NCBI GenBank assembly: GCA_964021785.1
Contig: CAXIAX010000002.1
Location: forward strand, 4,801 to 68,800
Origin: an uncultured Flavobacteriales bacterium
GTDB taxonomy: Bacteria > Bacteroidota > Bacteroidia > Flavobacteriales_D > CAJJDF01
DNA length: 64,000 bases
Reading direction: 5' to 3'
Shown: piece after piece, positions 55,076 to 64,000 of the stretch
How the letters are laid out: the number at the start of each line of letters is the position of its first letter
Position numbering within the stretch: position 1 is the stretch's first letter
Notes under the pieces: model-generated
Database searches by the model: none
What the model was told of the DNA's origin: nothing
What the model saw: only the letters and a program-made list of their open reading frames with translations
Program-made: the position numbers and the translations under genes

Positions 55076-56302
55076 ATGAATAAATTTTATTCCTACCCCT
55101 TATTTGCTTTTTTCTTGTTAGCAGGAACCTATTTATTGGGGCAAGATTCAATAGATACTACTGCAATTATTCCTGGAAATAAATTACCTAGCACGAGAAT
55201 AGAAGCATCTTCCTTAATTAATTACGGATCTACTAATTTGAATAATGAGTTTATTCAAAAACTCTTATTTGGAGGAAGAATTGAAAAAAGCATTAAAGAC
55301 AAAGCCCTAGACAAAATTAATAACAAAGGAAGGTTTGGAGTTGAAGTAAACTACAACCTGAAGTATGTTAACTTAAAAGATACTCTGTTTCACAAACTAC
55401 CAAATTACAACTATTACATTGGTTTTGGAAGTTACACAAACGTTAGTGCTTCTTATACTGCCGATTTGTTTAGCACTGCATTTTACGGAAATAAACAGTT
55501 TGAAAATCAAACTGCACAATTGGGAAGATCTAGCTTTGTTTCAACCAAATTTGAAAAAATAACCGTAGGATTAGTTTCTAAAGATAAAAAGACCTCTTAT
55601 GGAGTATCTTTAATTATTGGCGATAGAATTAACAGTTACAATTTTAGAAAAGCAGATATGTTTACACATACAGATGGAACTAATATATCTATGGATTATG
55701 ATGGAACTGTAAAATTATCTGACGATAATAACACAGGTAGTTTTATGACATTTAGTGGAGCAGGTATCGGTTTAGATTATTCCAAAACTTTCATGAAACA
55801 CAAACTAGAAATAACAAATTTTGGATTTTCGATATGGTCAAAAAACACCAAATATTCTAATCTTGCAAAGCAATATGAATTTGATGGTGTAGAGATTGAT
55901 AATATTCTTCAAGTCACTTCTGAAGAACTAGAGTTTAATGCCAAAGCAATATTGCCTGAATTAGAAAATAAACACTTTTTCACTTTACTCCCTACTATCT
56001 TCAGTCTAAGTAACGAGATGGACTATAAAAAAGAGTTTCAACCTACTTATCAACTTAGGTATAAATTATTGTCTAATTATTTTCCTTATCTCAATGCTGG
56101 TGTAGTATACAAAGCGAATAACCACTTATGGCTAAAAGGAACTGCTGCATATGGCGGATATTCTGGGCTGAGAGCAGAGTTTGGGGCTTATTTTAATTAT
56201 AAATTTTTACAAGCAGGAATAGAATCTCAAAACGTAACGGGAATGTTTACAAAAAACGGAAATGGAAACGGACTAAGATTTTACTTAAGCACAACTTTTT
56301 AA
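55076..56302 (+). CDS. Hypothetical outer-membrane beta-barrel protein
   Basis: 408 aa with a signal peptide, alternating beta-strand patterns and a C-terminal ...GLRFYLSTTF (terminal aromatic residue). Its ATG abuts the upstream stop codon. Confidence 0.55.
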   Translation: MNKFYSYPLFAFFLLAGTYLLGQDSIDTTAIIPGNKLPSTRIEASSLINYGSTNLNNEFIQKLLFGGRIEKSIKDKALDKINNKGRFGVEVNYNLKYVNLKDTLFHKLPNYNYYIGFGSYTNVSASYTADLFSTAFYGNKQFENQTAQLGRSSFVSTKFEKITVGLVSKDKKTSYGVSLIIGDRINSYNFRKADMFTHTDGTNISMDYDGTVKLSDDNNTGSFMTFSGAGIGLDYSKTFMKHKLEITNFGFSIWSKNTKYSNLAKQYEFDGVEIDNILQVTSEELEFNAKAILPELENKHFFTLLPTIFSLSNEMDYKKEFQPTYQLRYKLLSNYFPYLNAGVVYKANNHLWLKGTAAYGGYSGLRAEFGAYFNYKFLQAGIESQNVTGMFTKNGNGNGLRFYLSTTF

Positions 56303-56305
56303 AAA

Positions 56306-57793
56306 ATGGCATCAAAAAAAATAATATTTACACTTGCTTTTTTTCAATTTATTGGAGCAATGAGTCTTGCTCAAATACAATTTGAATACAGCTATAGCAC
56401 AGGTAGAAATGACCAAGCAAGAGCAATCACCCAAACTCTAGATAGTGGTTATGCGGTTATAGGCTCTACAGTTAGTTATGAAGGAAACTCGGATGTGTAC
56501 CTTATGAAGACCGATCAATTTGGAATTTTTTCTTGGGCCAAAAGATACGGAGGATTAGGCATGGAACAAGGGCAAGATATTGTTGAAACAGTTGACAGTG
56601 GATTGGCTATACTAGGATATGGTCACAACCAAGGTGTGTACGATATGTTGTTTATAAAAACAGATAAAAACGGAGATAGCCTTTACACTAAATTCATTGG
56701 AGAAGCTGATTGGGATTTTGGTTATGCCCTAAAACAAACTCCCGACAAAGGATATATACTGGCAGGAGAAACCTATGCAAATGGAGAGTCAAAAGCTTAT
56801 TTAGTAAAGCTAGATTCTAATGGAAATACAGAATGGAAAAAAACATTTGGAGGAACTGTAAATAGTAAATTTAAAGATATACTGATTGCACAAAATGGTG
56901 ATTTTGTAATGGCAGGAGAAACTGAAGCTTTTGGTAACGGAAGGCAAGCTTATGTAGTAAGAACTGATAGCTTAGGGACTCTTATTTGGGAACAAAACTA
57001 CGGAAACCCTGGAATTGATTTCGCCAACAGTATCACGGAACTAAACTCTGGAGATTTTGTTTTTGCAGGAGGTACAAACTTCCCTCCATACCCAGATATT
57101 GATAATTGGGCTGTAAAAATTGATGGATTAGGAACAATTATTCAAGCAGAAATCGTTCTCGATTATTCTTCTACTTCGCCAACTACACAAAATGACGATT
57201 GGAATGAAACAGTATTAAATTACAATGACTCTTTGGTTTTTGCGGGACAAAGAAGCTATAACAGCAGTGAGCCAGGTAATATCTATATCTATAGATTTAC
57301 AAATACTTTGGGAGCTGGAGGATATCAAAGTGATTACCAAAAATTTATTTCACCCGATACTGAAACAGTTTACGATTCTAAACATACATTTGATAACGGA
57401 GTAATATTTGCCTGTTCGGCAGAATTTATGGACACAAGTGAATCTAGCATCTATTTAATAAAAATGGATAGCACAATGACTTACCCACACCCATATTACA
57501 ATAGCATTTCATACCAAAATGATTATACAGCTTTAGGAGAAAAAGAAACAAAAACAGATTTTGGTATTTACCCAAATCCTTCTCATAGTTTTGCCACTAT
57601 TGAATTGAATAAATTCAACTCAGAACAAGTAACTATTTCTGTTTTCGATTCTTATGGGAAATTGATATTAAACGAAACGACCAGCAAAAATAACTACCTT
57701 ATTGACGCTACCAGCTTTTATTCTGGAATTTACTTTGTACGAGTACACTCAAATGATTTTGTTACGACAAAAAGGTTAGTAATTTCTAAATAA
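56306..57793 (+). CDS. Beta-propeller-repeat protein with a T9SS type A C-terminal sorting domain
   Basis: 495 aa with five or more ~50-aa repeats (SGYAVIG...YLMKTDQFG..W; KGYILAG...YLVKLDSNGNTEW; ...). The C-terminus is IYPNPSHSFATIEL...GIYFVRVHS...RLVISK. Confidence 0.7.
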   Translation: MASKKIIFTLAFFQFIGAMSLAQIQFEYSYSTGRNDQARAITQTLDSGYAVIGSTVSYEGNSDVYLMKTDQFGIFSWAKRYGGLGMEQGQDIVETVDSGLAILGYGHNQGVYDMLFIKTDKNGDSLYTKFIGEADWDFGYALKQTPDKGYILAGETYANGESKAYLVKLDSNGNTEWKKTFGGTVNSKFKDILIAQNGDFVMAGETEAFGNGRQAYVVRTDSLGTLIWEQNYGNPGIDFANSITELNSGDFVFAGGTNFPPYPDIDNWAVKIDGLGTIIQAEIVLDYSSTSPTTQNDDWNETVLNYNDSLVFAGQRSYNSSEPGNIYIYRFTNTLGAGGYQSDYQKFISPDTETVYDSKHTFDNGVIFACSAEFMDTSESSIYLIKMDSTMTYPHPYYNSISYQNDYTALGEKETKTDFGIYPNPSHSFATIELNKFNSEQVTISVFDSYGKLILNETTSKNNYLIDATSFYSGIYFVRVHSNDFVTTKRLVISK

Positions 57794-59018
57794 AAGTAAG
57801 AGAACTAAATTCATCTTCTACAAAAATTTCATTTGCAATTTCTTGCACCTCTTTGCTTGTGATATCATCTATTTTATCAAAAATCTCTTGATTGGTATCA
57901 ACTTTATCAAACAATAGCAATGATTTCCCCAAAGCAAGCATCAACCCTACTCTATTTTCTTGAGCTAGCGCAATGTGTCCTTTTAGCTGTTGTTTTGCCA
58001 AATGCAATTGATTTGTCCCTAATTCTTTGTCCCTTAGTTTAGCAAATTCTTTGTGAATTAACTTTACTATTTTTGAATGAAATTTTTTCTCTGCACTAAA
58101 ATACACCTGAAAAATTCCAGTATCGGTATAGGGAATAAAATTAGATTCTATACTATACGTCAATCCGTATTTCTCTCTTATATTTAGGTTCAATCTATTG
58201 TTCAATCCCTGACCTCCCAGTACATTATTCAATAAAATTAATCCTCTTCTCTTTTCGTTATGCATGTCATAAGCAAGATTACCAATCATGGTATGCACCT
58301 GATGAGTATCCCTTTTCAGTTCACTTTGCTCTGCTTTGTAACCACTAAAATTAGCTCTAACTACACTTTTATCATTATCAAATTCTACCCCAAAATATTT
58401 GGTGCACAATCTAATGAATTTATCTAGTTTAATGTTTCCTACAGAACTTATAGCAATATTATCTGCCGTATAATTTCTTTTTATGAATTTCTGAATGTCT
58501 TTTTTCTCAAAAGAGTTTACACTATCTACAGTTCCCAATATATTTCTACCAATTGGGTGTCCTTTGTACACTTGATCTTCAAAATCGTCAAAAATTTGTT
58601 CGGAAGGAGAGTCCATGTAAGAATTAATTTCATCAATAATTACATCTTTCTCTTTTTGAATCTCGTGAGATGGAAAAGAAGAATTAAATAAAATATCTGC
58701 AATTAATTCAATTGCTCTTTCATAGTATATATTTAAAAAAGAACCATAAATACAAGTCTCTTCCTTGGTTGTATAAGCATTTATTTCACCACCTACGGCA
58801 TCCAATCTACTCAAGATATGAAAAGGCTTACGCTTGGCTGTACCTTTAAAAATACAGTGCTCTATAAAATGAGCAAGTCCTTGCTCGTTTTCTAATTCAT
58901 CTCTAGAACCAGCTTTTATGGTTATACCAAAATGAGAAACTTCAGCAGTATCAACTTGCTGATGAATGCACCTAATTGCATTCGGTAAAGTAAAAGGGTT
59001 AAGATTTTCCACCTGCAA
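57786..59018 (-). CDS. M16-family (pitrilysin-type) zinc peptidase
   Basis: 410 aa with the inverted zinc motif HFIEH (HxxEH) followed by EIN...YT. Confidence 0.85.
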   Translation of the reverse strand: MQVENLNPFTLPNAIRCIHQQVDTAEVSHFGITIKAGSRDELENEQGLAHFIEHCIFKGTAKRKPFHILSRLDAVGGEINAYTTKEETCIYGSFLNIYYERAIELIADILFNSSFPSHEIQKEKDVIIDEINSYMDSPSEQIFDDFEDQVYKGHPIGRNILGTVDSVNSFEKKDIQKFIKRNYTADNIAISSVGNIKLDKFIRLCTKYFGVEFDNDKSVVRANFSGYKAEQSELKRDTHQVHTMIGNLAYDMHNEKRRGLILLNNVLGGQGLNNRLNLNIREKYGLTYSIESNFIPYTDTGIFQVYFSAEKKFHSKIVKLIHKEFAKLRDKELGTNQLHLAKQQLKGHIALAQENRVGLMLALGKSLLLFDKVDTNQEIFDKIDDITSKEVQEIANEIFVEDEFSSLTFI

Positions 59019-59129
59019 ATATAGAACTAATAGACCTTATGATGTGAGATTTTTATCTTTTTTTAATATCTGCTTTTATTGAGTGTATTATATGTATTCA
59101 TTAAAGATTTTTCTATTTTTATACCACAG

Positions 59130-59864
59130 ATGAAAAAAATAGAAATACTTACTTCCAATAACGTTTCCATTCAATACGAACTGGCAACTGTGGCTCAAAG
59201 AATCTTAGCGTTTTTGCTAGATATAGCTATATTGGCCGTATATTATTTGGTTTGTAGCCTTATCATTGCAATTATTGCCATGAACAGTAGTTTCTTGGGC
59301 GAAATATTAATTTGGATAATGATTCTTCCTGTTTATTTTTTCTACAACTTGTTTTGTGAGGTTTATTTTGATGGACAAACCTTAGGAAAAAAAGCTTTGA
59401 ATATAAAAGTGATAAAAGTAGACGGAGGAAATCCTACCATAAATGATTATTTCATAAGATGGACTTACCGTGTTGTGGATATTTTCTTATCTGCTGGCGC
59501 ACTAGCTGCTATCTTTATTTCTGCCTCAGATAAAAGTCAGAGATTGGGAGATTTATCAGCCAATACTACTTTAATAAAATTAAATCCCGATTCAAAATAT
59601 GGGATAAAAGATATATTGAACATTGCCAATCACGGAGATTACGAGCCTACTTACACACAAGTATCACAACTTACTGATGAAGATATGCTCTTGATAAAAA
59701 ACACGATTGACAGAGTTACCAAACACCCAAATGATGCAAATAAGCAACTTGCCAAAGATTTGATTGCAAAAACTGCTGATGTTTTGGGTATAGATGTTAT
59801 ACCTAAGAACAAAATGAAGTTTCTTAAAACATTACTTAAAGATTACATTGTACTAACCAGATAA
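59130..59864 (+). CDS. RDD-family membrane protein
   Basis: The track ORF is trimmed to ATG 59130 (MKKIEILTSNNVSIQYELA...). It has an RILAFLLD motif and three TM helices, followed by a soluble C-terminal domain. Confidence 0.7.
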   Translation: MKKIEILTSNNVSIQYELATVAQRILAFLLDIAILAVYYLVCSLIIAIIAMNSSFLGEILIWIMILPVYFFYNLFCEVYFDGQTLGKKALNIKVIKVDGGNPTINDYFIRWTYRVVDIFLSAGALAAIFISASDKSQRLGDLSANTTLIKLNPDSKYGIKDILNIANHGDYEPTYTQVSQLTDEDMLLIKNTIDRVTKHPNDANKQLAKDLIAKTADVLGIDVIPKNKMKFLKTLLKDYIVLTR

Positions 59865-59868
59865 CCAC

Positions 59869-60546
59869 ATGCACGGAAAATTATTTTTAGTCCCTACTCC
59901 TATCGGAAACCTTGATGACATGACTTTTAGAGCCGTGAAGGTATTGAAAGAAGTTACACTTATATTGTGCGAAGACACACGAACAAGTGGAAAATTGATG
60001 AAACATTTTGAGATTGGAACTCAACTCAAGTCCTTTCACCAACACAATGAGCACCATCTTGTAACCGAAATGACTCAACAAATGAAATTGGGACAATCGT
60101 TTGCTTTAATCTCTGATGCTGGAACTCCCGGAATATCTGATCCAGGATTTTTACTAGTAAGAGAATGCATTGCCAATGGCATAGAAATAGAATCTTTACC
60201 CGGAGCAACTGCTCTTATTCCTGCCTTAGTAAACTCTGGTTTACCTTGCGATAGATTTGTGTTCGAAGGATTTTTACCTCACAAAAAAGGAAGACAAAAA
60301 AGAGTAACGGCTTTATTAGAAGAAACGAAAACTATTGTGTTTTATGAGTCACCTTACCGTGTTGTTAAGACTTTCAATTTATTGAAAGAACATTTTGGAG
60401 GAGAAAGAAGAGCTTCTTTTTCTAGAGAAATAACCAAACTACACGAAGAAACTTTTAGAGGAACAATTGACGAAATAATTGCTCATTTGGAAGCAAAACA
60501 GGCTATAAAAGGAGAATTTGTTTTGGTTGTGGAAGGGAAAAGTTAG
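59869..60546 (+). CDS. rsmI: 16S rRNA (cytidine1402-2'-O)-methyltransferase
   Basis: 225 aa with LFLVPTPIGNLDDMTFRA...CEDTR and SDAGTPGISDPG motifs. Confidence 0.9.
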   Translation: MHGKLFLVPTPIGNLDDMTFRAVKVLKEVTLILCEDTRTSGKLMKHFEIGTQLKSFHQHNEHHLVTEMTQQMKLGQSFALISDAGTPGISDPGFLLVRECIANGIEIESLPGATALIPALVNSGLPCDRFVFEGFLPHKKGRQKRVTALLEETKTIVFYESPYRVVKTFNLLKEHFGGERRASFSREITKLHEETFRGTIDEIIAHLEAKQAIKGEFVLVVEGKS

Positions 60547-60549
60547 AAT

Positions 60550-61062
60550 ATGTCACAAATTTCAAATAGTATAACAAATTCTATTCTCAACTGGATTAAT
60601 ACATCAGTTCAAAATAAAAAAGGAAAAAGAGACAATCTTGGGAGGCTGAAATGTACACTTACACCTTTCTACAAATGGTTTGGGATTACATTATTTTTTT
60701 TAATTAGTTTACTCATAATATTAATTCCAAAAAATTCTGATTCTGATTTTTATATTGCATTTTCATTATTTGTGTTTTTCGGAGGAATCAGTCTCATTTT
60801 AGTACTAACATACTTTAGATTAAATTTTGTAATGGATGATAAGCAAATTAATTCTAGAAATTTTTTTTACTCAAGTGAAATTTTACGTTGGGAAGAAGTA
60901 AAATCTATTAAATTTAACCACTTTTCGACAAGTATTATTTTTAAAAATAAAAATGGTAAAAAAGTTAAAGCTCATGCTCACCTTCACGGAATCTCAGAAA
61001 TCTTAGAAATGATAGAGAAGAAAAAAGGATTAACAAAACAAGACATTAAATTCCCTTATTAA
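60550..61062 (+). CDS. Hypothetical membrane protein (two TM helices plus a small C-terminal domain)
   Basis: 170 aa. The ORF and hydrophobicity pattern are the only support. Confidence 0.5.
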   Translation: MSQISNSITNSILNWINTSVQNKKGKRDNLGRLKCTLTPFYKWFGITLFFLISLLIILIPKNSDSDFYIAFSLFVFFGGISLILVLTYFRLNFVMDDKQINSRNFFYSSEILRWEEVKSIKFNHFSTSIIFKNKNGKKVKAHAHLHGISEILEMIEKKKGLTKQDIKFPY

Positions 61063-61139
61063 TTTTGATTAAATTAACTATAATATCATTGAATAAAGAA
61101 ATGCTAGGTGTACCAATGTCTGCATTTTTATTAAAAAAA

Positions 61140-61634
61140 ATGAAATCAATTCTAAGAAATATTCTTGTTGCATTATTAGTTCTGATGTTTTTAAATTGTA
61201 ACCCTTCAATTGAAAAAATAAACAATCCTCATACGGATGATTTAAGTAATGTCGAACCTGAGCTTATTGAAGAAACCTTAATCAATCCTAAAGCTAAGTA
61301 TTACTTAAATTTGATGCAGACTAAAAATTATTCTATTTCAATGAATGCTCCTTGCGAAGATGCATTAAGTGACAACACTGTTAAAAGAAACGAATGTTTA
61401 ATTCTTAAAGAAACTTACGAGAATAATACCGCTACTATAAATTTTAAATTCAAAGCAGCTTGTTGCCAAGAGTTCATGGGAGATTACATAATAAAAAACA
61501 ATAAAATAATCTTTAACATGGAGCAAGTAAATGACATTGTTTGTGGTTGTATTTGTTGGTATCACTATGAATTAAAAATCAATAATCTTAACAATAAAGT
61601 AAACAAAATTGATTTAAATTTTATTGATAACTAA
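61140..61634 (+). CDS. Hypothetical Cys-rich lipoprotein
   Basis: Trimmed to ATG 61140 (MKSILRNILVALLVLMFLNC). Several Cys pairs are present (ACCQEF, CGCICW). Confidence 0.5.
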   Translation: MKSILRNILVALLVLMFLNCNPSIEKINNPHTDDLSNVEPELIEETLINPKAKYYLNLMQTKNYSISMNAPCEDALSDNTVKRNECLILKETYENNTATINFKFKAACCQEFMGDYIIKNNKIIFNMEQVNDIVCGCICWYHYELKINNLNNKVNKIDLNFIDN

Positions 61635-61650
61635 AACAAGACGGCTAATT

Positions 61651-62298
61651 ATGAAAAAACTATCACTTATACCTTTTATACTTTTATTATTTAATTGTAC
61701 TGATATTAAAACTATTGGAGCTGAAAAAAATATAGTCTTAATTGGTCTTGAAATTCCAAGTTTTGATATGGATTTCAAAAAGAATAACGAGCAAATTATT
61801 TTAAGAATTACCGATAGTTTAAATTATTATAATGAAGTCTTACTAAACCAGAAACTAGAATTAGCCTTACTTCCATTTTTAAAAGAAATGGATACCACGA
61901 ACACACTAAAAATTCTTCTAAGTATGCCAAAGAGGGATGAAATACTAGTTAATTATGAGATGGAAGCTGTAAATCTAGCTTCAATATTAAAGAATAGATA
62001 TCAAAATATAGAATATTCTAGTTTCATTCAAAAATTAGTAAATAGAATTAATAAGAAAGGAAATTTTAGAGAAATTGATAGAATAAATACTGCCTTACAA
62101 ATGATTATTTCACCAAATTCTAAAGAAAATTGGTATGGAATTAATTCATTAGATTATTTTTATTCTAAATTTTCAGGTGAGAATAGTGAATTTGATGCTG
62201 TATTTAATGAGTTAGAAACTTATTTTGTAGAATCCAATGTGTCCGATTCATTAACTACAAGGGAAATTGCAAAGTTTTTAAAAGAAAATATTTATTAA
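61651..62298 (+). CDS. Hypothetical lipoprotein
   Basis: Trimmed to ATG 61651 (MKKLSLIPFILLLFNC). Confidence 0.5.
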   Translation: MKKLSLIPFILLLFNCTDIKTIGAEKNIVLIGLEIPSFDMDFKKNNEQIILRITDSLNYYNEVLLNQKLELALLPFLKEMDTTNTLKILLSMPKRDEILVNYEMEAVNLASILKNRYQNIEYSSFIQKLVNRINKKGNFREIDRINTALQMIISPNSKENWYGINSLDYFYSKFSGENSEFDAVFNELETYFVESNVSDSLTTREIAKFLKENIY

Positions 62299-62339
62299 GT
62301 CATACTAATTTGCCTATTCATTCTTAAAGAACAACAACT

Positions 62340-62978
62340 ATGACTGTAATTGAAGAATTATCATTTCACGAAAAAGACGAACTTGATTCTTGGTATGACT
62401 TGTCGGAAAAGAAATCGAAAGCATTTTTGAAAAAAATTGTAGCTTTTGCTGACGAATACCCAACTTTACTTGCTGAATATTGCCAATCCTTAATTCCTAA
62501 CGATTTTTCAAGCTTGAGCTTAGTTTATGAAGCTCTGTCTGAATATTCAGTAAATCATAATCAATTTTTATTTGAAGAAATAAAAAGAATAATTGAGCTA
62601 GTAAAGCAACAAAAAATGGATGTTGAATTAATAGATGTTCTATCTGAGAATATCGAAATGGAAGATATCTATTCTAAAACTCCATCTATTTATATCGATA
62701 TTATGAGCTACCTTACCAACTGTTTGGATTCTAATAATTTGGAGCTTTTTAACATTCAAATACTAGATTTTATTGATTGGTGTTTGATTGATTATGATGA
62801 GGATGACGAAATAGAAGAATCTATAAATTGGAAAAACAAACTTCTATTGATTGCAAACGGAGACAATTTAAAACTTAAATTAATCACAAGAAAAATATTG
62901 AAAAACTTTAGTTCTATTTCAAAATTAGAACCTTTGTCTTTTAAAGAAAAACTTTCGAAAATATTCATCCAAAACTAA
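62340..62978 (+). CDS. Hypothetical acidic cytoplasmic protein
   Basis: 212 aa with no signal peptide and D/E-rich content. I recognise no family. Confidence 0.45.
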   Translation: MTVIEELSFHEKDELDSWYDLSEKKSKAFLKKIVAFADEYPTLLAEYCQSLIPNDFSSLSLVYEALSEYSVNHNQFLFEEIKRIIELVKQQKMDVELIDVLSENIEMEDIYSKTPSIYIDIMSYLTNCLDSNNLELFNIQILDFIDWCLIDYDEDDEIEESINWKNKLLLIANGDNLKLKLITRKILKNFSSISKLEPLSFKEKLSKIFIQN

Positions 62979-63478
62979 TGCCAACACAACTCACACATAC
63001 CGAAATAACCAATTCCAAAACCAACAAAGAAATCATTGTAGTAGCAGATGAAATGCGTTCTCCAGAGAATGTTGGGATGATACTAAGAGTTTCTGAAGCT
63101 TTTGGAAGTAAAGAAGTTATATTTTTGGGTAACTCGCCAACTTTAGAAAGCAGAAAAGTAAAGCGAACTTCTCGTAGTGCAGAGAAAGGTTTGTCTGTCA
63201 CATTTAATCAATTGCCGCAAGAGACTATTGAAGCTCTAAAGGCGAGAGGTTTTAAATTAATTGGAATAGAAATCACCAACAACAGTAGTTTATTGAAGGA
63301 TTCTAATTTCGAAAACCTAAACAAAATAGCTGTATTTATTGGCAATGAAAAAGAAGGAATTGATTCAGAAATTTTGAATAAAATGGATGCCGTACAACAT
63401 TTCGACTTATTTGGAAACAATTCTTCTATCAATGTCGTAAATGCTCTTTCTGTGGCGCTTTACGAAATAACTAGATAA
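62978..63478 (+). CDS. SpoU/TrmH-family RNA 2'-O-methyltransferase
   Basis: 166 aa with PENVGMILRVSEAFG, FIGNEKEGI and SINVVNALSVALYE, the three SPOUT motifs. Confidence 0.75.
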   Translation: MPTQLTHTEITNSKTNKEIIVVADEMRSPENVGMILRVSEAFGSKEVIFLGNSPTLESRKVKRTSRSAEKGLSVTFNQLPQETIEALKARGFKLIGIEITNNSSLLKDSNFENLNKIAVFIGNEKEGIDSEILNKMDAVQHFDLFGNNSSINVVNALSVALYEITR

Positions 63479-63486
63479 ATATAACT

Positions 63487-64000
63487 ATGATAAAAAAAAT
63501 ACTATTACCAATTCTATTTGCAACATCCATTCAATCTTTCTCACAAGATTTATCCTATGGATTAGTTTTAAATGATACTGCCAATCACCCCATGCAGGCA
63601 AAATCTAAACCTGCATATTTGGATACCATTCATGATCCATCTTTTGGTACTGTAATTAGAAGAATTACAAATGCAGGAGCTGGTAATGTAATTGTACCCA
63701 TGTATAGCACTGTACAAGCATGGAATTCGGATGAAACTTACATGATTCTTTATAACAAAACAACTGGAGATCATATTTTATTAAACGGAAAAACTTATGC
63801 TCCGGTAAGAACACTTACAGATGTTTCTCCCTTAGATATTGAACAAATATTTTGGGATTTTAATAACCCAGATGCCTTTTATTATCCCGAAAAAACTACC
63901 TATAACTTTATAAAATATACTGTATCTACTTCTACCAAGCAAACCATCTTCAATCTTGATTCTGTAACAGCATGCACAGGAGGATTTACATTAGGAAATG
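63487..64000 (+). CDS. Hypothetical secreted protein. The 3' end is cut by the window edge.
   Basis: Not in the track. My translation from ATG 63487 gives MIKKILLPILFATSIQSFSQDLSYGLVLNDTANHPMQ..., which stays open to position 64000. Confidence 0.55.
   Translation, partial: MIKKILLPILFATSIQSFSQDLSYGLVLNDTANHPMQAKSKPAYLDTIHDPSFGTVIRRITNAGAGNVIVPMYSTVQAWNSDETYMILYNKTTGDHILLNGKTYAPVRTLTDVSPLDIEQIFWDFNNPDAFYYPEKTTYNFIKYTVSTSTKQTIFNLDSVTACTGGFTLGN

Noticed and set aside
63568-63774. 68-aa minus-strand ORF near the window end, and 62965..63201 / 63208..63432 antisense to the SpoU gene.
   Set aside because: These ORFs overlap better-supported plus-strand coding sequences: the signal-peptide-bearing ORF from 63487 and the SPOUT methyltransferase.

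Overview
The window is a low-GC, densely coding segment whose gene content points to a Flavobacteriia (Bacteroidota) chromosome. Evidence for this: T9SS type A and type B C-terminal sorting domains, PorP/SprF and PorQ-like genes, the nqrABCDEF operon, an ftsK-lolA pair, and TAnnTTTG -7-type promoter boxes. Most genes are core housekeeping: nqrA-F, a CBS-type cysteine/cystathionine synthase, an ABC exporter, a UbiB-family kinase, yggS, a desaturase, a thiolase, lpxB, lon, pyrR-pyrB, rpsA, a CoA-transferase, ftsK, an M16 peptidase, rsmI and a SpoU methyltransferase. I found no rRNA, tRNA, CRISPR array, transposase or integrase. The region most worth a second look is 10.3-15.7 kb. It holds same-strand, functionally unrelated ORFs: a WYL regulator plus an alpha/beta hydrolase, a YiiX-like lipoprotein, a eukaryote-type FCP1/NIF phosphatase, a small lipoprotein and a YwqK/MORN protein. 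Related non-coding elements punctuate these ORFs. Each element opens with a YYYAAC box near the upstream stop codon and closes with a GTT box shortly before the next start codon. Two copies are a perfect 95-bp direct repeat. Two ORFs are bracketed by 11-bp and 8-bp complementary boxes. One element folds into a long imperfect AAC...GTT hairpin. I read this as an integron-like or rAID-like cassette array with no recombinase in the window; this is a hypothesis that needs covariance-model and comparative checks. Secondary observations: a T9SS type B cargo gene whose signal peptide is encoded upstream of any canonical start codon; two paralogous PorP/SprF-OmpA modules; tandem Kazal-like lipoproteins downstream of lon; candidate structured leaders for rpsA, lon and a small secreted-protein gene; and two operon-like clusters of uncharacterised envelope proteins. 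All calls rest on reading the translations and sequence by eye; no database searches were run.
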